DNA of 64,000 nucleotides from Bacteroidales bacterium OttesenSCG-928-B11 (GTDB lineage Bacteria; Bacteroidota; Bacteroidia; Bacteroidales; WCHB1-69): NCBI GenBank assembly GCA_030267125.1, contig JAJDJJ010000001.1, positions 6,249 to 70,248 of the forward strand, read 5' to 3'. Shown piece by piece: positions 59,386 to 64,000 of this stretch (position 1 is its first letter; each line of letters starts with the position of its first letter). The notes under the pieces were generated by a model. It saw only the letters and a program-made list of their open reading frames with translations, ran no database searches and was not told where the DNA came from. The position numbers and the translations under genes were made by a program.

Positions 59386-61080
59386 ATGCGAAAAAAATCT
59401 TTCCTTTTTTTTCTTTTATCAATCTGTTTTATAACGAGTTTTGCACAATATCCGGCCAAATATTTTGTGCAATTTACAGATAAGGCGAACTCAGATTATT
59501 CGATTTCCCGTCCGGAGGAGTTTCTGTCGGCTCGAGCGATTGAAAACCGGCAAAAATTCGATATTGCTATCACTGAAGTGGATCTTCCTGTGAACAAAAG
59601 TTATATAGATTTGGTATTGTCATTAGACACGACCATTGCGCTATTCACAAAATCCAAATGGTTTAATGCAATTACGGTCTATTCCACAAAAGACAGCTTA
59701 TCACAGTTGTTAAAATCATTGGATTTTGTTGCCAATGTGGAAGTTACCAGTGTGATGAAAGCAGCGGAGGAGAAAATTTTCACGCCATACATTTATCGGA
59801 ACAACCAAGTCACTATGATACCGCTCATGACGCAATTGGATGAATTGAATTATGGGAAAGGATACTCGCAGGTGCGGGTTAACAATATCCACTGGTTGCA
59901 CCGGATGGGCTTTAAGGGGGAGGGAGTCCCGGTAATGGTGATGGATGGTGGTTTTTTGAATGTGGATCAGGTTCCTCATTTCGCTAAATTGCGTGACGAA
60001 GGTCGTTTGGTAGACATGCGTAATTTTGTCAATCCGGGGAAAAGTGCTTTCAGATCGGGAAGTCACGGCACGATGGTGCTCTCCTGTATTGCGGCTGAAA
60101 TTCCGGGTGAATTGATAGGGACTGCACCCAAAGCGCTGGTTTATCTTGCTAATACCGAGGATGGTCGCACTGAAACGAAAGTGGAGGAAGACAACTGGGT
60201 GGCCGGCATTGAATGGGCCGACAGCTTGGGGTGTCTCGTGCTGAACTCATCATTGGGATATACTAAATTTGATGATACTTTGGCTCAACCTCGCAATATA
60301 AATGACTTGAACGGTCAAACCAGCCGGGCTTCGATTGCCGCGACAATGGCATCCGATCGCGGTATGATCGTCTGCAACAGCGCCGGAAATGAAGGTGCGA
60401 AGAAATGGAGAAAGATTGGCTGTCCGGCGGATGCGGTAAATATTTTGGCGGTGGGTGCGGTTGACAGCGCCAAAGTAAGGGCGCCGTTCAGTTCGCAAGG
60501 GCCGACTGCCGATGGGCGTGTGAAACCCGATGCGGTGGCTGTGGGTCGAAGAACTTATGTGGCTAATCCGCGCGGGCACACTTCCCGTGCCGATGGAACA
60601 TCCTTCTCTTCGCCGATGCTTGCCGGTATGGTGACATGCCTTCGACAAGCTTTCCCTGACAAAACGAATCTCGAGATCATGGATGCTATTCGCCGCAGCG
60701 GGCATTTGACAGCCACGCCGACCGATCGGTTAGGTTATGGAATTACCGACTTTTTGAAAGCATACAACTTATTATTACAAAGTCATACAGTGGAAACCGA
60801 GGCAGGGCTTAAGCTGCTGGAGTTTTCTTTTCCACAATACCATACAATTGGCAATAAGCTCACCATATACATTACGGCAGCGGATAAACAATCAGTGGCT
60901 ATCAGCACAGAATCCCGGCGGACCGGAAAAATCAAGACTAAAAAATATGAGTTAAAAGCCGGTTTGAATATCGTGAAACTTTCATTGCCTAAGTTAAAAG
61001 GCAGTGATTATGATATTTACGATCTTCGAATTACCGGCAATGGTTTTTCATCGAGGTATGTGATCGGGCAAGAGGATTAA
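59386..61080 (+). CDS. Secreted S8-family (subtilisin-like) serine peptidase
   Basis: Has a signal peptide. The catalytic triad contexts are VMVMDGGF (Asp), SHGTMVLS (His) and GTSFSSPMLAG (Ser). The beta-rich C-terminal domain of about 90 aa could be a sorting or adhesion domain; this is not verified. Confidence 0.85.
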   Translation: MRKKSFLFFLLSICFITSFAQYPAKYFVQFTDKANSDYSISRPEEFLSARAIENRQKFDIAITEVDLPVNKSYIDLVLSLDTTIALFTKSKWFNAITVYSTKDSLSQLLKSLDFVANVEVTSVMKAAEEKIFTPYIYRNNQVTMIPLMTQLDELNYGKGYSQVRVNNIHWLHRMGFKGEGVPVMVMDGGFLNVDQVPHFAKLRDEGRLVDMRNFVNPGKSAFRSGSHGTMVLSCIAAEIPGELIGTAPKALVYLANTEDGRTETKVEEDNWVAGIEWADSLGCLVLNSSLGYTKFDDTLAQPRNINDLNGQTSRASIAATMASDRGMIVCNSAGNEGAKKWRKIGCPADAVNILAVGAVDSAKVRAPFSSQGPTADGRVKPDAVAVGRRTYVANPRGHTSRADGTSFSSPMLAGMVTCLRQAFPDKTNLEIMDAIRRSGHLTATPTDRLGYGITDFLKAYNLLLQSHTVETEAGLKLLEFSFPQYHTIGNKLTIYITAADKQSVAISTESRRTGKIKTKKYELKAGLNIVKLSLPKLKGSDYDIYDLRITGNGFSSRYVIGQED

Positions 61081-61102
61081 TCAGTTTTGCCCTGTATTGG
61101 AT

Positions 61103-61504
61103 TTACTCGCAAAGTTCCGTCAATACTCCTTGTGTGGATTTAGGGTGTAGGAATGCGATACTCAATCCTTCGGCACCTTGGCGGGGCGCTTTGTCGATCA
61201 GTTGAACACCTTTGCCTTCAACTTCTTGCAATGCGTTAGCCACGCCATTGGAAACCGCAAAAGCGATGTGATGAACGCCTTCGCCCTTTTTTTCGATAAA
61301 CTTCGCAACGGCGCTTTCGGGAGAAGTTGGTTCCAATAATTCAATTTTTGTATCGCCTACTTTGAAGAACGCGGTCTTCACTTTTTGATCAGTAACTTCT
61401 TCGATGCTATAGCATTTGAAGCCTAAGATATTTTCATAATAAGGGATGGCCGTATTGAGGTCTTTCACCGCAATGCCGATGTGTTCAATGTGAGAAATGT
61501 TCAT
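61103..61504 (-). CDS. mce: Methylmalonyl-CoA epimerase (VOC/glyoxalase fold)
   Basis: Contains IEHIGIAVKDL..A...Y...LG, IELLEP....S..AKF..KKGEGVHHIAF.V and HPKST.GVL.EL. Confidence 0.8.
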   Translation of the reverse strand: MNISHIEHIGIAVKDLNTAIPYYENILGFKCYSIEEVTDQKVKTAFFKVGDTKIELLEPTSPESAVAKFIEKKGEGVHHIAFAVSNGVANALQEVEGKGVQLIDKAPRQGAEGLSIAFLHPKSTQGVLTELCE

Positions 61505-61527
61505 GACAATATGGTTTAAGGTTTATA

Positions 61528-62316
61528 TTAATCTCTATTTTCACTTCGATTCAATAGTGAAGTATGGTGTTTTAAGGTTCTTAATACCAATAGGATAATC
61601 AGGGTGCTGCCTAATACGTAAAGAGAAGGACGTACCCAATCCATGTGTTGTAGATTGCCGTAAGTACGCCAGTTGATTGTCATTTTTATCCAGTAGTCGG
61701 TAAGCGTGTAGGCGAAAACCATGGAAAAGAGGCCTGTGTATTCCCTACGCAAGACTGTTTTGAACGAAAACGGCACATTGCTTCTTTTAAATTTACGTAA
61801 AGCAGGGATGAAAGCAGGTACTCCCATCGACCAATCCACAAATTCATCGCCAAATTGTCGTGTGAGATAAGCTTCTTCGGCAAACATAATGCGTTCATAA
61901 TAGATCCAAAAAATCAAGGACACAATAAGGATGACGGGAATATTCATGGTGAAAAAAAGCAAACCGGCCCACATGAGATAATTCCCTAAATAGAGCGGAT
62001 GCCGTACCATGGAGTATATTCCGGTAGTATTCAATAGATTAGCTACTTGTTTATTGGTGTTTCGGCCGGAAGTTCCGCGCGGTGTTGTTCCGATCGTGTA
62101 ACAACGGATAATGAAACCTAACGAAGAGATCAGGATTGCCATGGAGATTAATGTCAGGTGGAAGGCGTGATAGTCGGAGGGAGGACAGCGATACATCCAT
62201 TGATAATCAGTGAAATACAAGAACGGCATCGACAATACAAAGATGATGGCCGGAATTTGTCCGCGAAATTTAAAAAGGAAATTACCTGTTTTTTCAAAAG
62301 ATTGGATTAGTGCCAT
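61528..62316 (-). CDS. ICMT/PEMT-like membrane methyltransferase family protein
   Basis: A polytopic protein with the block GIYSMVRHPLYLGNYLMWAGL and a downstream EE..L...FG.E...Y pattern typical of isoprenylcysteine carboxyl/phospholipid methyltransferases. Confidence 0.6.
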   Translation of the reverse strand: MALIQSFEKTGNFLFKFRGQIPAIIFVLSMPFLYFTDYQWMYRCPPSDYHAFHLTLISMAILISSLGFIIRCYTIGTTPRGTSGRNTNKQVANLLNTTGIYSMVRHPLYLGNYLMWAGLLFFTMNIPVILIVSLIFWIYYERIMFAEEAYLTRQFGDEFVDWSMGVPAFIPALRKFKRSNVPFSFKTVLRREYTGLFSMVFAYTLTDYWIKMTINWRTYGNLQHMDWVRPSLYVLGSTLIILLVLRTLKHHTSLLNRSENRD

Positions 62317-62320
62317 AATT

Positions 62321-62352
62321 TGATAAAAAAAAACGCTTTTTTAAAGCGTTTT
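62321..62352 (-). terminator. Rho-independent terminator downstream of rplS
   Basis: A 10-bp stem (62330-62339 pairs with 62343-62352, with a GCG/CGC core) encloses a 3-nt loop. On the minus strand it is followed by T6 (plus-strand A-run 62324-62329). It lies 28 nt after the rplS stop. Confidence 0.6.
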
Positions 62353-62379
62353 CCTATAGTAACGTTTATAATAATGTTA

Positions 62380-62733
62380 TTATCTTCTCTTTTCTTTGAT
62401 GCGTGCTTTTTTACCGGTAAGTTTGCGCAGGTAGAAAATACGTGCTCTGCGAACCACGCCGCGTTTGTTGACAGCGATATCAGATATGAATGGAGATGCG
62501 TAAGGGAAGATTCTTTCCACGCCAATGCCGCCGGAAATTTTCCTAACGGTGAAAGTTTTAGTCACGCCGCTGCCATTAATTTGAAGGACTACGCCTTGAA
62601 ATTGCTGAATACGTTCTTTGGAACCTTCCACAATTCTATAAGAAACGGTGATAGTGTCACCCGCTTTAAACGTTGGAAATTCCTTAACTTCCACAAAATT
62701 ATCTTCTACGTACTGAATCAATTCTTTTTTCAT
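62380..62733 (-). CDS. rplS: 50S ribosomal protein L19
   Basis: The full-length protein matches the L19 pattern (FKAGDTI.V.Y.I.EG.KERIQ.F.GVV......G....[20 protein letters not shown]...G.VRRA...YLR...GK.ARIKE). Confidence 0.95.
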   Translation of the reverse strand: MKKELIQYVEDNFVEVKEFPTFKAGDTITVSYRIVEGSKERIQQFQGVVLQINGSGVTKTFTVRKISGGIGVERIFPYASPFISDIAVNKRGVVRRARIFYLRKLTGKKARIKEKRR

Positions 62734-62875
62734 CTCTTACTATTATTTATCTGTTTCAAAATCGGCTGCAAAAATACATTTTTTTTCAACAAAACAGCGA
62801 TCCCTCCAAAAATAATTCTTAAGATCGATTTTGAGGTTGTTTTTCAGGTTTCTGATTTCCTCATAAATCACTATC

Positions 62876-63742
62876 TTAGCTTCGTTTTTGAAAGAGTTCC
62901 GTAAGACTTTTCACATAATCGCCATCGGTATGGAGGGTAATCGCATCAACGCCGGCTTTCTTAAAAATCTCATTATTCCGTATTCGGAGTTGTCGCCACC
63001 ATTGTTGGTGCTGTATTCTGATTTTAGGATTAGAAGTATCGGCGATGAATGTTTTTCCGGTTTCAGGATCGGTCACGTTGAGTAGTCCTATGTTGGGGAA
63101 GAAATCTTCGCCGCGGTCGATGATGTTTAACGCCACGAGGTCGTGTTTGTTAGCTGCGATGCGGATTGCTTGTTCAAAACCGGTGTCGATGAAGTCGGAG
63201 ATGAGGAATGCCGTACATTTTTTCTTGATTGCGTTGGTCAGATAACGCAATGCTTCGCTAACGTTAGTTTGTGTGCAAGTAGGTTCATGGGATACCAACT
63301 CGCTGATGATGCGTAAGATATGAGAACGTCCTTTCTTGGGTGGGATAAATTTCTCTACTTTGTCGCTGAAGAAAACCACGCCGACCTTGTCATTATTGAA
63401 AATAGCCGAAAAAGAGAGCACGGCAGCCAGTTCCGTGATCAGATCGGACTTCATAACATTCTGTGTTCCAAATTGATTGGAACCGCTCACATCGATAAGC
63501 AAGACAACGGTTAGCTCGCGTTCTTCCTCGAAAATCTTCACGTAGGGTTGGTTGAATCTGGCTGTTACATTCCAGTCGATAAAACGCACGTCATCGCCGT
63601 AGCCATATTGCCGAACCTCGCTGAATGCCATGCCCAGCCCTTTGAATGCGCTATGATACTGTCCCTGGAAAATTTGATGGGATAGCGCCTTGGTTCGAAT
63701 CTCGATTTTCCGCACTTTGCGGATAAGTTCGTTAGAATCCAT
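62876..63742 (-). CDS. DUF58-family (vWA-like) protein of the MoxR/BatA-type operon
   Basis: Has the DUF58 core FKGLGMAFSEVRQYGYGDDVRFIDWNVTAR, followed by LLIDVSGS. It lies directly downstream of a MoxR-like ATPase. Confidence 0.8.
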   Translation of the reverse strand: MDSNELIRKVRKIEIRTKALSHQIFQGQYHSAFKGLGMAFSEVRQYGYGDDVRFIDWNVTARFNQPYVKIFEEERELTVVLLIDVSGSNQFGTQNVMKSDLITELAAVLSFSAIFNNDKVGVVFFSDKVEKFIPPKKGRSHILRIISELVSHEPTCTQTNVSEALRYLTNAIKKKCTAFLISDFIDTGFEQAIRIAANKHDLVALNIIDRGEDFFPNIGLLNVTDPETGKTFIADTSNPKIRIQHQQWWRQLRIRNNEIFKKAGVDAITLHTDGDYVKSLTELFQKRS

Positions 63743-63765
63743 AAATGACGTTTATGAAAAATCGA

Positions 63766-64000
63766 TTAAGGTACTTCAATGGTATTCAATATTTCGCTGA
63801 CGATGTCGGAGGTGTTGATGTTTTCGGCTTCGGCTTCGTAGGTGAGGCCGATCCGGTGGCGCAACACGTCGTGGGCAACGGCGCGCACATCTTCAGGAAT
63901 CACGTAGCCGCGCCGTTTGATGAATGCAAAAGCTTGCGATGCCAATGCCAAGTTGATGGTGGCGCGTGGAGATGCGCCGTAGTTGATCATGTTTTGGAAT
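63766..64000 (-). CDS. MoxR-like AAA+ ATPase, C-terminal part only (gene runs off the window)
   Basis: Contains ASPRATINLALASQAFAFIKRRGYVIPEDVRAVAHDVLRHRI, the conserved MoxR C-terminal lid region. The frame is open to the window end. Confidence 0.75.
   Translation of the reverse strand, partial: FQNMINYGASPRATINLALASQAFAFIKRRGYVIPEDVRAVAHDVLRHRIGLTYEAEAENINTSDIVSEILNTIEVP

Noticed and set aside
59386-61080. Calling the C-terminal roughly 90 aa of the S8 peptidase a T9SS sorting domain
   Set aside because: This is plausible for a Bacteroidota secreted protease. However, I could not read the conserved CTD motifs with confidence, so it is left as an unverified remark.

Overview
This 64-kb chromosomal segment reads as Bacteroidota: a T6SS-iii-like gene set, A-rich Shine-Dalgarno-poor start regions, a TAnnTTTG-type -7 box, and many lipoprotein/OMP signals. 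The exact taxon cannot be determined by eye.

Left flank (housekeeping): a threonine-synthase-like PLP enzyme plus SDR pair, uvrA, a TPR protein, dut, a MOP flippase, pstSCAB, then cysD-[AbiEi/AbiEii insertion]-cysN-cysH-porin.

Right flank: mnmA, a DUF1016 fragment, hydE, a transglutaminase-like lipoprotein, a cdsA remnant, O-antigen-ligase/Wzx genes, a TetR-KASIII pair, a degraded IS remnant, an orphan Rhs C-terminal toxin with candidate immunity gene, pfkA, an S8 peptidase, methylmalonyl-CoA epimerase, an ICMT-like methyltransferase, rplS, and DUF58/MoxR.

Centre (18.7-44.3 kb): 22 consecutive minus-strand genes, visibly more AT-rich than the flanks, form a type VI secretion locus. It encodes clpV, tssB, tssC, two hcp, vgrG, a DUF4280/PAAR-like protein, a large cell-wall-hydrolase-like effector, a candidate tssG, tssK, tssE and tssF.

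Main finding: a complete, apparently catalytically intact ubiquitin-like conjugation toolkit sits inside the same operon string, between the spike/effector genes and the baseplate genes.
- A 105-aa Ubl candidate ends in a free C-terminal Gly.
- A eukaryote-like E2 carries the HPN...Cys motif.
- A ThiF/E1 enzyme has its stop codon overlapping the next baseplate-block gene.
- An inner-membrane vWA / RING-H2-like / polytopic-TM / FHA protein is an E3 candidate.
- A membrane-anchored JAMM/MPN+ protein is a deconjugase candidate.

These are interleaved with uncharacterised envelope proteins that may stand in for the T6SS membrane complex. As far as I know, ubiquitin-like conjugation coupled to a T6SS has not been described. 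This needs database and experimental confirmation.

Secondary observations:
- A type IV TA module splits cysDN and has a palindromic operator.
- An orphan Rhs-CT carries a JAB-like toxin domain.
- A 22/24 inverted repeat brackets a 156-bp segment at the 5' end of that Rhs-CT.
- Several gene remnants and short repeats are present.
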